DNA from: Gemmatimonadota bacterium
GTDB lineage: Bacteria; Gemmatimonadota; Gemmatimonadetes; Longimicrobiales; Gaopeijiaceae
NCBI GenBank assembly: GCA_034521595.1
Contig: JAXHMG010000003.1
Coordinates: 704,001 to 768,000 of the forward strand
Reading direction: 5' to 3'
Length of the DNA stretch: 64,000 bases
Below the pieces are notes generated by a model that saw only the letters and a list, made by a program, of their open reading frames with translations, did not search any database and was not told the origin of the DNA. Every line of letters begins with the position of its first letter. The stretch's first letter is position 1. This document shows, piece by piece, positions 18,573 to 27,732 of this stretch. The position numbers and the translations under genes are program-made.

Positions 18573-19524
18573 GGCTGATATCCACCGAGCGAGCGGCGAC
18601 GAGGTTCTTGTAAAGCACGCGCAGCGCGAGCACCACGAGCAAAGAGTACGCGGTCGTCGCGGCCGCGACCGTGAAGGGCGCGGAGCCCATCGTTTCGAGG
18701 ACGCCTTGCAGCCCGAGCGCCCCGATGGCTTGAGCGGCGGCGCCGACGCCGGCGCTCCAAGCGGCCGCGGCGAGGTCACCGAGCTGCCACCAGACGTACG
18801 AGATGAGCGTTTCGGCTGTCAGGGCCGGGTGGGAGAAGACTGCGTACACCACCAGCCCGAAGGTCACCACGGGAGTCACGGCCGCTCCGGAGAGCGCTGC
18901 CCAGGCGCGGCGCGTTTGCGGCACCAACGTCCGCGCCCGACCCAACCAACGCGCCGCCTTGGCCGCACCGGACGGGAGGCCGGGAACCGCGGCCGGGGCG
19001 CGAGCGGGTTCCGGAAGGCTCACGCGAGCCATCACGGCGCTTTCGAACCCTTCGGAAGGGGCGAGCTCCCCGAGACTGTCCAGTGAATGGAACAGATCCG
19101 TCCAGCGCCGTGCTTCGTCGGCGCAGGCGCCACAGGCGTCGAGATGCCGCTCGACCCGGACGGCCTGCCGGCGGGGCAGTGCCCCGTCGACGAAGCTCTG
19201 CACGAGCTCGGGCTCCACGTGTCCGGTCGCTCCCGCGCCGAGCCACCCGTTCACCCACTCTCGGATCCGCTCCGTCAGGGGCTGTGGCTCGGGGATCCGG
19301 ACCTGCATCATCACCCGATCCGTGAACCCTTCGTGGGGCCTCAGGCCCCGGAGCTCTCCGAGATCCGCGAACACCGTGCGCCACGCATCCAGCTCACTCG
19401 AGCAACGAGCACAGCGCTCGAGGTGCTTCTCGGTATGACGGAGCTCTCGCTTGGAAAGCTCCCCCTCGAGAAACGCCTGGAGCCGCTCGGCGCTCAGATG
19501 TTCGTTGTCCTTGCGTGTCGTCAC
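18565..19524 (-). CDS. Membrane anti-sigma factor with two zf-HC2 (ZAS) domains
   Basis: HLSAERLQAFLEGEL...HLERCARC and HVEPELVQSFVDGAL...HLDACGAC; C-terminal TM helices; directly downstream of the ECF sigma. Confidence 0.85.
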   Translation of the reverse strand: MTTRKDNEHLSAERLQAFLEGELSKRELRHTEKHLERCARCSSELDAWRTVFADLGELRGLRPHEGFTDRVMMQVRIPEPQPLTERIREWVNGWLGAGATGHVEPELVQSFVDGALPRRQAVRVERHLDACGACADEARRWTDLFHSLDSLGELAPSEGFESAVMARVSLPEPARAPAAVPGLPSGAAKAARWLGRARTLVPQTRRAWAALSGAAVTPVVTFGLVVYAVFSHPALTAETLISYVWWQLGDLAAAAWSAGVGAAAQAIGALGLQGVLETMGSAPFTVAAATTAYSLLVVLALRVLYKNLVAARSVDISHA

Positions 19525-19558
19525 GTTCGTGCTCCGGTTGCTTGCGTACGTCCAACCC

Positions 19559-19585
19559 TACGGGTCTCGTGCGTCATCAGTTTCA
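19559..19585 (-). promoter_or_regulatory. ECF (SigW-like) promoter upstream of the anti-sigma gene
   Basis: Minus strand TGAAAC-N17-CGTAGGG. Confidence 0.7.
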
Positions 19586-19635
19586 AACGCCACCACGGGT
19601 TCCAAAGGAGTGACGCGCCCCCGCCGTGCCTTCGT

Positions 19636-20310
19636 TCATGGTTGCAGGTAGGCGAGCCGGTCTTTGAGCTCCCCACGAGCGCGGTGGATATACGTTTTGA
19701 CCGTCCCCAGCGGCACTTCCATGATCTCGGCGATCTCGTCGTAGGCGTACCCCTCGACGTGCCGCAGGAGAATGGCCGTCCGGTACTCCTCCCGGAGTGA
19801 GCCGATGGCTTCCTCGATCTGGCCGCCGAGCTCGCGGTTTTCGACATACTCGTGCGGACTTTCGTCGTCCGCTGGGAGGTCCAGCCGGCTGCGACCCACC
19901 TCCTCGTCGGTGGAGGCGTGGGGGGACCCGTCAATCGACACCGTATCGAGCTTCTTCTTGCGCAGATAGTCGATCGTGTGGTTGTTCGCGATCTTCAGGA
20001 TCCAGTTGCTGAATTTGTAGCTGGGCTTGTACGACGAGATCGCGTTGAACGCCCGCACGAAGGCTTCCTGGGCCAGGTCCTCCGCCAGCGTTCGGTCCCC
20101 CACCATGCGGTATACGAGGGAGAACACCGGCCGTTCGTACCGGCGCAGTAGCTCTCGGAAGGCCGGCTCCCGGCCCCGCGCGGCGAGGCCGGCCAGCTTC
20201 CGGTCGTCGAGTTCGCCGTAGTCGGTCGCGACCAGCGGTTCCGTATCCTGACTAGGGTGGGCCAGTCGTCGAGCGAAGGCCGTTTCCACCGGTGAGGTAG
20301 GGGTATCCAT
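19636..20310 (-). CDS. ECF RNA polymerase sigma factor (SigW/RpoE-like)
   Basis: AEDLAQEAFVRAF, FSNWILKIANNHTIDYLRK, YDEIAEIMEVPLGTVKTYIHRAR; start codon uncertain. Confidence 0.95.
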   Translation of the reverse strand: MDTPTSPVETAFARRLAHPSQDTEPLVATDYGELDDRKLAGLAARGREPAFRELLRRYERPVFSLVYRMVGDRTLAEDLAQEAFVRAFNAISSYKPSYKFSNWILKIANNHTIDYLRKKKLDTVSIDGSPHASTDEEVGRSRLDLPADDESPHEYVENRELGGQIEEAIGSLREEYRTAILLRHVEGYAYDEIAEIMEVPLGTVKTYIHRARGELKDRLAYLQP

Positions 20311-20320
20311 GGAACGTCCC

Positions 20321-20347
20321 TACGCACGCCGGCGACCCTCGGTTTCG
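20321..20347 (-). promoter_or_regulatory. ECF (SigW-like) autoregulatory promoter of the sigma gene
   Basis: Minus strand CGAAAC-N17-CGTAGGG. Confidence 0.7.
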
Positions 20348-20451
20348 ATCCCGGGCGTTGAGGCGCCCCCCCGGTTCGCCTAGCTTTCACGGCACGCGGC
20401 CACCAGGCGTTTTGGGGCTCCCGAAAGCTATCCCACCGGACCATCCCTGTC

Positions 20452-21180
20452 ATGCAATCCCCATCCGACGCGGCGCCGAAGGCCGGCGCCGACCGGGAGC
20501 GGCAGGTGCAGCGCATCTTCTCGGAGATCGCGCCGCGCTACGACCTGCTGAACCACGTGCTCAGCCTGAACATCGATCGTTCGTGGCGCAGAAAGGCGAT
20601 CGCGAGCCTCGGATGGGAGTCCGCCCCCGAGGGTCACTACCTGGATGCCTGCTCGGGCACGTTCGACCTCGCGCTCGAACTCGAGCGTCGAGAGGGTTTT
20701 CACGGGCAGGTCGTGGCTTCCGATTTCGCTCATCCCATGCTGGTGCAGGGAGGAGAGAAGATCTCCGGGAGCCGGATTCGGCCCGTGTGTGGCGATTCGC
20801 TCGGATTACCCTTCCCGGACGACGTGTTCTCGGGGGCCACCGTGGGATTCGGCGTGCGGAACCTTGCGAATCTGGAAGCCGGGTTGAGGGAGTTCCGGCG
20901 CGTCCTCGAACCCGGGCGGCGTCTGGTCATTCTGGAGTTCACGACCCCGCCGAACGCTCTGATGCGCGCGGGCTACCTCTTCTACTTCCGGCGGGTCCTG
21001 CCGCTCGTGGGCCGGATCGTTTCCGGGCATCCGTGGGCTTACAGCTACCTGCCCGAGTCGGTCAAGGAGTTTCCCGAGCCGGCCGACCTCGGAGCGCTGC
21101 TGGAATCGGTGGGGTTCCACGACGTGGGGTGGCGCTTGCTGACCGGGGGAATTGCGGCGATCCACTGGGGATCGGCCTGA
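20452..21180 (+). CDS. ubiE: Ubiquinone/menaquinone biosynthesis methyltransferase (UbiE/MenG)
   Basis: FSEIAPRYDLLNHVLSLNIDRSWR, LDACSGTFD, VGFGVRN, AYSYLPESV. Confidence 0.92.
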   Translation: MQSPSDAAPKAGADRERQVQRIFSEIAPRYDLLNHVLSLNIDRSWRRKAIASLGWESAPEGHYLDACSGTFDLALELERREGFHGQVVASDFAHPMLVQGGEKISGSRIRPVCGDSLGLPFPDDVFSGATVGFGVRNLANLEAGLREFRRVLEPGRRLVILEFTTPPNALMRAGYLFYFRRVLPLVGRIVSGHPWAYSYLPESVKEFPEPADLGALLESVGFHDVGWRLLTGGIAAIHWGSA

Positions 21181-21268
21181 GCTGCCCCGGACGCTGCTAG
21201 CCGGTCGGCCACGAGAACCTGCAGAGCCGGTCCGCTCGCCATCGGGGGCACCAGGCTGCAGGGGCTCT

Positions 21269-22705
21269 TCAGGGAGCCTCCAGCACCGAAACGGGTCCGA
21301 GCTCCTCGAGGCGATCTCGACCGATCCGGGTCGTGTCTCCCACCACCAGGATCGTCATGTCGTCCGGACGCAAGTGGGTGTCGAAGACTTCAGCGACATC
21401 TCCAGGTCGGACGCGTTGCACCCCGTCGAGGTAGCGCTCGAGCCAGTTCTCGGGAAGATCCTGGGAGATGTGCGACATCGTTCGCGAGACGATCTGTGAC
21501 GCATTGTCGAAGTTGAACACGAATCCGTTCACGATCCGGTCGATGGTCGTCTGAACTTCTTCCTTGGTGGGGGGCTCCGTGCCGAGGCCCCGCATCGTCT
21601 CCAGGATGGTACGGGTGGCCGCGACCGCCGTTTCGGGTCCGGTCCGGGTGACGGCTCCGAGGAGGCCCGGATAGCGTCTCGGCGTGGTCCACAGCGACGA
21701 GGCCGAATAGGCGTAGCCTTCTTCGGTTCGCACCCGCTCCATGATGCGGCTGGAGAAGCCGCCCCCGCCGAGCACCGCGTTCCCGATCGTGGCGGCGAAG
21801 TACTCGGGATCGTCGGCGAGGGGGAGATCGGTCGGGTGGGCCATCACGATGACGGCCTGGTCCGATTCCTTGTGCATCACGTAGACGCCGGGGCGAGCCG
21901 GTACATCCGGGATCGGAGGATCCGGGAGGGGCTCGTCGCACTCCGGGACGCGGGCCACGAAACGCTCGAGAACGGGGCGTGCTTCCGGCCAGGAGACATC
22001 GCCGGTCAGGCCGAGCAAGAGGTTGTCGCGACAGACGATGCGATCGTGCACGTCCCGAAGGCGCTCGCGTGTCAAGGCTTCCGGGTCGAGGTCGACAGGG
22101 GTCATCTCCCAACCGATGGGGTGATCCCCGTAGAGCAGGTGGTTGAACTCCGAGAACGCCAGGGACGACGGGTTGTCCGGCCGCCTGCGGACGCTCTCGA
22201 GCTGCCGGCCGCGCCAGATCTCGACTTCCTCGCGCTCGAACGCGGGCTCCGTGAGCATGCGGCCCCACAGGGTCATGGCCTCTTCGAAGTGCTCGGTGAG
22301 CACATTCATGCTCGAGGATATGGAGCCCCCGCCGCTCCCGAACGAGAGCTGGATGGCGAACCTTTCGATCTCGGAGTCGACCGATTCGGGGGACATGTTC
22401 CGGACGCCGCCGTACCGTAGAAGCGGCGGCAATCCGGTGGCCGCCGCGTAGTGGGAGCGCGGGAAGAATCCGTAGCCTCCCTCGAAGCCGGCGAGCACCG
22501 TCACCAGGGGAAGATCGTGGTCTTCCAGCACGAGCACCGGAACCTCCCCGACTTCGTGACGGTCGGGCTCGGGCTGCTCGAAGCTGAGGGGCTCGAACTC
22601 CATCGCCTCGATGCGCTCGCGCGCCGAGTCGACTTGCGCGGTCAGCTCTCCGCCAAAGACGGCCGCCAAGCCACCGAGCATGCAGTAGAGCCGCACCGCG
22701 GACAT
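21269..22705 (-). CDS. M16 family peptidase, non-catalytic subunit
   Basis: LEDHDLPLV, LGGGGFSSRIMERVRTEEGYAYS; no HxxEH; signal peptide. Confidence 0.88.
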   Translation of the reverse strand: MSAVRLYCMLGGLAAVFGGELTAQVDSARERIEAMEFEPLSFEQPEPDRHEVGEVPVLVLEDHDLPLVTVLAGFEGGYGFFPRSHYAAATGLPPLLRYGGVRNMSPESVDSEIERFAIQLSFGSGGGSISSSMNVLTEHFEEAMTLWGRMLTEPAFEREEVEIWRGRQLESVRRRPDNPSSLAFSEFNHLLYGDHPIGWEMTPVDLDPEALTRERLRDVHDRIVCRDNLLLGLTGDVSWPEARPVLERFVARVPECDEPLPDPPIPDVPARPGVYVMHKESDQAVIVMAHPTDLPLADDPEYFAATIGNAVLGGGGFSSRIMERVRTEEGYAYSASSLWTTPRRYPGLLGAVTRTGPETAVAATRTILETMRGLGTEPPTKEEVQTTIDRIVNGFVFNFDNASQIVSRTMSHISQDLPENWLERYLDGVQRVRPGDVAEVFDTHLRPDDMTILVVGDTTRIGRDRLEELGPVSVLEAP

Positions 22706-22719
22706 CCCGCCTTTCCGAC

Positions 22720-24228
22720 TCACGAGTCCTCTCGAAGCCGGAGGGCGACGGTCCGCCCCTCCTCGACGAGGTACCGTTCCGCGGCGCGGCGCACCTCGTG
22801 CAAGGTCAGGTCGTGTAGGCGTTCGGGCCCGCGGAACGTCTCCCGCCAATCGTCCCAGAGTGATTCGGATTCGGCGAGCTGAAAGGCGAGCCCGAGGTTC
22901 GACCGCATGCGGCGGACGCTACTCGCCGCGACCTGATTACGGACCCGCTCGAGCTCTTCGGGGGTCGGACCTTCTCTGCGGAGCCGCGCGATCTCCTCGT
23001 ACACGAGCGCTTCGATCTCCTTCGGGGTGTGTGGGGCGCGTGGGGTCACGTCGATCTGAAGAAGACCGGGGAACCGGCGTCCCGGCCCGATGGAGCTATA
23101 GACGCTCGTGGCGACCCGTTCTTCGGTGACCAACCGCCGGTGCAGTCTCGAGCTTCGCCCTCCGGTGAGCAGCGACGACAACACCTCGACGGCGGCGGCG
23201 TCTTCGTGGAAGGCGGACGGGACACGCCAGCCGATGCGCAGCGCGGGCTCGGCGTTCCAGGAGACTTCCACCCTGCGCTCTTCTTCCTGCGGAGGTTCGG
23301 TCTCGGTCACCGCGGGCGGAGGCTCACCGGCGGCGAGCTCACCGAAATAGCGTTGTGCGTACCCTTCAACGACGTCGGGGTCGATGTCACCGACGATGAC
23401 GGCGACGGCGTTGTTCGGGGTGTAGTAGCGGCGGTGGTATGCCCTGAGGTCGCGTCTGGAGATCCTCTCGAGGTCCCGTACGTGGCCCACCACCGGACGC
23501 CCGTAGGGATGCTCCTCGAATGCCGTCGCGAGGAAGCGCTCGTAGAGGGTGCCTTGGGGGCTCGCGTCGACGCGCATGCGGCGTTCTTCGAGCACCACGC
23601 TCCGCTCGGAATAGAACTCGCGGAACACGGGGTTCTGCATGCGGTCTGCTTCGAGCACGAACCAGAGCTCGGTTCGGTTGGACGGCAACTCCATGAAGTA
23701 GGTCGTGGCTTCGGAGGTCGTGGTGGCGTTGATCCCCTGCGCCCCTTCCCGGGTCAGGATCCGGTCGAACGCATTGCTCTGCACGTGTACGCGTGCAGAG
23801 TCTTCGAGCTCTTCGATCCGCTCGGAGAGCCGGGATATCTCGGTCGAATCGCCGCTTGCCCGTGCTACGAGGAGCGTGTCGTGCACCGCGTCCATGCGGG
23901 TGAAGAGGGCGCGCTCGGCCTCCAGGTTCTCTGTGCCGATGGTGGTCGTGCCCTTGAAGAGCATGTGCTCGAGCAGGTGCACGATGCCGGACTGTCCGGG
24001 TTCTTCGTGCACCCCTCCGATGCCGAATCGGAGCACGAACGACGCGGTCGGTGCCCCTTCCCGGGGTAGAATGAGAAAGCGCATCCCGTTGTCGAGCGTA
24101 ACCTCCCGCACGGATAGCCGCTCCCCGGGAGTGGGGTCCGTGGGTTCCTGGCCGGTCGCGGGCGAGACGAGGCTGGCCGTGGCCAGCGTCACGACCAGGA
24201 GCCAGCGGCGGAACGGAAGTCTAGCCAT
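22720..24228 (-). CDS. M16 family zinc peptidase, catalytic subunit
   Basis: TLDNGMRF, GIVHLLEHMLFKGT (HxxEH), ERSVVLEERR, HPYGRPVVG; signal peptide. Confidence 0.92.
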   Translation of the reverse strand: MARLPFRRWLLVVTLATASLVSPATGQEPTDPTPGERLSVREVTLDNGMRFLILPREGAPTASFVLRFGIGGVHEEPGQSGIVHLLEHMLFKGTTTIGTENLEAERALFTRMDAVHDTLLVARASGDSTEISRLSERIEELEDSARVHVQSNAFDRILTREGAQGINATTTSEATTYFMELPSNRTELWFVLEADRMQNPVFREFYSERSVVLEERRMRVDASPQGTLYERFLATAFEEHPYGRPVVGHVRDLERISRRDLRAYHRRYYTPNNAVAVIVGDIDPDVVEGYAQRYFGELAAGEPPPAVTETEPPQEEERRVEVSWNAEPALRIGWRVPSAFHEDAAAVEVLSSLLTGGRSSRLHRRLVTEERVATSVYSSIGPGRRFPGLLQIDVTPRAPHTPKEIEALVYEEIARLRREGPTPEELERVRNQVAASSVRRMRSNLGLAFQLAESESLWDDWRETFRGPERLHDLTLHEVRRAAERYLVEEGRTVALRLREDS

Positions 24229-25090
24229 GCCGCTCGCCTCCCGGTTCCTTTTGGGTGGTGGGCTCGGTGGGCTGGCACTTCGGGCAGAAGAAGGCCGAAC
24301 GGCCACTGAAGACCGTGCGCTCGACCCGAGTGCCACAGCGGATGCACGGCGCGCCGGCGCGCCCGTAGACGGCCAGCGAGGGCCCGTATCGTCCTTCTTT
24401 TCCCTCGGCCGTTCTGTAGTCACGAAGAGTGGTTCCTCCTGCCCGGATCGCTTCCCGAAGTACCCGGCGTAGCGCACGGTGGAGCCGGCGCGCTTCGTCC
24501 GGGATGATCCCGTGGGCGGGTCGCCGTGGATCGATTCCTGCCAGATAGAGTGCTTCGTTGGCGTAGATGTTCCCGATACCGGCGATGCGTTTCTGGTCGA
24601 GGAGCCATGATCGTATGGGCGCGCGCGACCGTCCGAGCCGGCTCGACAGGGCCCGTGCCGTGAATCGGCGGTCGAACGGCTCCGGTCCCATCCGCCCGGC
24701 CCGGTCGGCCCAGTCCGCCTCGGTCAACCATTCGACGGTACCGAAGCGGCGTACGTCGTCGAAGACGAGGAGGGTCCCGCCGTGGAGCTCGAAGGTGACC
24801 GTGGCATGGATGGGAATGTGGAAGCCGGCCGGCGGCTCGGGAAAGGCGAGGAGGCGGCCGGTCATTCCGAGATTCAAGGCCAGCACGCCGCTTTCGGAGA
24901 GTCGGACGACGACGTTTTTACCGCGCCGGTCCACCGATTCGACGCGCCGGCCGTCGATCTCCCGGGTGAGCTCGGCGGCCGGCGTGCGGAGAACGTCCGG
25001 GAATCGTATCGCGACCCCGGTGATCGTGTGCCCCACGATGTGCGGGCGCAGGCTGCGAACGATGGTTTCGACTTCCGGAAGCTCGGGCAT
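24221..25090 (-). CDS. mutM: Formamidopyrimidine-DNA glycosylase
   Basis: MPELPEVET, RRGK, LGMTG, GIGNIYANEAL, C-terminal zinc finger CIRC...FCPKCQ. Confidence 0.97.
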   Translation of the reverse strand: MPELPEVETIVRSLRPHIVGHTITGVAIRFPDVLRTPAAELTREIDGRRVESVDRRGKNVVVRLSESGVLALNLGMTGRLLAFPEPPAGFHIPIHATVTFELHGGTLLVFDDVRRFGTVEWLTEADWADRAGRMGPEPFDRRFTARALSSRLGRSRAPIRSWLLDQKRIAGIGNIYANEALYLAGIDPRRPAHGIIPDEARRLHRALRRVLREAIRAGGTTLRDYRTAEGKEGRYGPSLAVYGRAGAPCIRCGTRVERTVFSGRSAFFCPKCQPTEPTTQKEPGGERHG

Positions 25091-25115
25091 GAAGCGGGTG
25101 TCGGGGAGGGGGAGG

Positions 25116-25301
25116 TCAGTCCAGCGCGACCGCCGTGCCCGCGCAGGTGACCATGAGCATGCTGCCCCCTTTTCCGATGACCTCGTAGTCCAAGTCGACC
25201 GAGAGAACGGCGTTCGCCCCGATGATCGCTTCGCCCATCACGATCCCCTGGTATTCCCGGACACGGCGACCTTCGACGGACGGCGTCGTGGTGATGATCA
25301 A
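25116..25301 (-). pseudogene. YbjQ/UPF0145 family protein with in-frame internal deletion (61 aa)
   Basis: TTG start overlapping the purD stop; MIITTTPSVEGRRVREYQGIVMGEAIIGAN joined directly to AVLSVDLDYEVIGKGGSMLMVTCAGTAV. Confidence 0.75.
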
Positions 25302-26581
25302 GAGAGTCCCCGACGTTGACGTTCCTTCCAGCCGATATCCCTGCGGAAGAACGCCCCCTCGAACTCCACCCGAGCCGCGGCCTCCCGACTGGCGTCGGCA
25401 GCGCGCCCGAAGGTTGGAGCGAGAGCCGTGACGGCGAGCACGCGGCCACCGGAGGTCACGAGCCGGCCTTCCTCTTGGCGCGTTCCCGCGTGGAAGATCA
25501 TCAGGTCTTCCCGTTCGAGGTCGTCGGGTAGGGTAACGGTCCGTCCGGTCTCGTAGCTTCCGGGATAGCCTTCGGAAGCTACGACGGTCGTCACGGCTGC
25601 GCCCGCTTTCGTACGCGCCGTGTGGCCCTGGAGCGTGCCGCCTTCGGCGACTTCCCGGACGAGGTCGAGCAAGGACGAGTCGAGGAGAGGGAGCACCGCC
25701 TGCGCCTCGGGATCTCCGAAGCGGCAGTTGAACTCGACGACTCGGAGGCCTTCCTCCGTCTTCATGAGCCCGGCGTAGAGGAGGCCGTGGAACGGTGAGC
25801 CGTCGGCCGCCATGGCTTCCAGGGTCGGTCCGACGATCCGATCCGAGACCTCCGCGAGGAGCCGCTCGTCGGTCAACGCGACCGGGGCGTAGGCTCCCAT
25901 CCCTCCGGTGTTGGGGCCTTCGTCGCCCTCGCCAACCCGTTTGTGGTCCTGAGAGGGCTCGAGGAGCACGAAGTTCGTGCCGTCGGTCACGGCGAACACC
26001 GACAGCTCTTCTCCTTCCATGAACTCCTCGACCACGACCTCCCGGCCGGCTTCGCCGAAGGCGTCGTCGCCGAGCATGGCGTCCACGGCAGCCACCGCCT
26101 CGTCCACCGTGGCACATACGATGGCGCCTTTGCCGGCGGCCAGGCCCGAGGCTTTCACGACGATGGGCGCGCCCCGGTCGCGGATCCACGCGTGAGCCCG
26201 GTCGGGGTTGGTGAAGCTACGGTGCTCGGCGGTGGGAATGCCGGCCTCGTGCATGAGGTGCTTCGCCCACGCCTTGTTGGATTCGATGCGGGCCGCGCGC
26301 GCCGTGGGCCCGAAGACGGCCAGGCCCCTTTCCTCGAAGCGGTCCGCGATCCCCGCCGCGAGAGGTTTTTCGGGGCCGACGACGGTCAGGTCGATATCTT
26401 GTGCCTCCGCCCACGCGGCCAACCCCTCGACGTCGGTCGGTGCGAGGTCCACGGGCTCGCAGCGCCCGGTCATGCCTCCGTTGGGCCGCGTCACGAAAAA
26501 CGTCGCGTCCGGGGCGTCCCGGCGCAGCTTCCACAACAGGGCGTGCTCCCGCCCTCCGTTCCCCACGATCAGGATGCGCAT
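25298..26581 (-). CDS. purD: Phosphoribosylamine--glycine ligase
   Basis: MRILIVGNGGREHAL, KASGLAAGKG, QDHKR...GPNTGGMGAY, EFNCRFGDPE, TSGGRVL. Confidence 0.97.
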   Translation of the reverse strand: MRILIVGNGGREHALLWKLRRDAPDATFFVTRPNGGMTGRCEPVDLAPTDVEGLAAWAEAQDIDLTVVGPEKPLAAGIADRFEERGLAVFGPTARAARIESNKAWAKHLMHEAGIPTAEHRSFTNPDRAHAWIRDRGAPIVVKASGLAAGKGAIVCATVDEAVAAVDAMLGDDAFGEAGREVVVEEFMEGEELSVFAVTDGTNFVLLEPSQDHKRVGEGDEGPNTGGMGAYAPVALTDERLLAEVSDRIVGPTLEAMAADGSPFHGLLYAGLMKTEEGLRVVEFNCRFGDPEAQAVLPLLDSSLLDLVREVAEGGTLQGHTARTKAGAAVTTVVASEGYPGSYETGRTVTLPDDLEREDLMIFHAGTRQEEGRLVTSGGRVLAVTALAPTFGRAADASREAAARVEFEGAFFRRDIGWKERQRRGLS

Positions 26582-26636
26582 GGGCCGGAGTCTACGCCTG
26601 TCGCGGGGAAAGAAAAGGGGCGAGGCGGACGACGGC

Positions 26637-27641
26637 TCAGAGTCGGAATCCTCCCATGAAGTCCGAGCCCATTCGGCGCGCCGCGTCCCCGATGACGTCC
26701 AGGAAGTCCCGGGCCTCCTCGGAGTATGCACGCGCGGCGTCGCGGAGGTCTTCGTCGTAGGCCGGATTCGGCTCGGCATGACGCGGGTAGTCACCTCGCA
26801 CGATCCGGTCGTAATCGCCGGACTCGATCCAGTTCCTGATCTCTCCGAGCCGGAGCACGTAGAAGGGGTGGGTTTGGAAGGCGAGGTTGAGCACCTTGAA
26901 GACCTGGTCCGCCACGTCCCCGCTGTGCCGGTACTCTTCAGCCTGCGCGATGAAGTCTTCCAGGTTGGTCTCGTCTCGCTTGCCCCCACCCGTCATCGTC
27001 AACATCGACCGCATCACGACTTCGGGGTCCTGTACGGCGAGGAGCCCGGCCCGGTCCGCGGAGAGCTCCGCCTTGCGCGACCATTCCAGCAGGCCGATGA
27101 GCACCGTCCGCGCGGCGAGTCCGACGATCGGAAAGCCCATCTTCGCGAGGTTGATCAGGAGCACCGTCATCGTGCGATAAAGCACGTGATCGCTCAGGAT
27201 GTGCCCGACCTCGTGGCCGAGCACGTAGGAGAGCTCCTCGTCGTCGAGCAGCCGGACCGTTCCCGAGTTGAGGAGGATGAACGGCTCTTCCATCCCGTAA
27301 GCACCGGCGTTGACCAGCGGTGTCTGCGAGATGAACAGAGGGTACTCCCGCGGTGCGTCGAGCGTTCTCAAGGATTCACGGTAGAGGCCGTGCACGTGGC
27401 CGAACTGCGTGGGGCTCACGCGGATCGCGTTGGCCTGAAACGCCAGGCGGATCGGTTTCTCACCGAAGAAGCCGAAGACCCGCTTGAGGACCTCGTCGAA
27501 GACCGGAATGCGTCGGAGCGCTTGAAGTGCCGCCCGATCCGCCGGGTGCTCCCACGCGCGCGGGGCGATGTCGTCGAGCGTGCGTCGGTTCTCACCCGGC
27601 CCGGATCGGGGTGCTTCGGTCGGGCCCTGGTCGTCGGTCAT
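26637..27641 (-). CDS. M48 family zinc metallopeptidase (HtpX-like)
   Basis: WEHPADRAAL, VLGHEVGH (HExxH), [16 protein letters not shown]. Confidence 0.9.
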   Translation of the reverse strand: MTDDQGPTEAPRSGPGENRRTLDDIAPRAWEHPADRAALQALRRIPVFDEVLKRVFGFFGEKPIRLAFQANAIRVSPTQFGHVHGLYRESLRTLDAPREYPLFISQTPLVNAGAYGMEEPFILLNSGTVRLLDDEELSYVLGHEVGHILSDHVLYRTMTVLLINLAKMGFPIVGLAARTVLIGLLEWSRKAELSADRAGLLAVQDPEVVMRSMLTMTGGGKRDETNLEDFIAQAEEYRHSGDVADQVFKVLNLAFQTHPFYVLRLGEIRNWIESGDYDRIVRGDYPRHAEPNPAYDEDLRDAARAYSEEARDFLDVIGDAARRMGSDFMGGFRL

Positions 27642-27681
27642 GGTGTCCTCTTCCGGCTGGGATCGTCGTGACGCAGGACCT

Positions 27682-27708
27682 TACGGGGTCGCCCACGCAC
27701 CGGTTTCA
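27682..27708 (-). promoter_or_regulatory. ECF (SigW-like) promoter upstream of the M48 peptidase
   Basis: Minus strand TGAAAC-N17-CGTAAGG, same architecture as the two ECF-operon copies. Confidence 0.7.
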
Positions 27709-27732
27709 CCCATCCTTCCGCGGCCGCACGCT

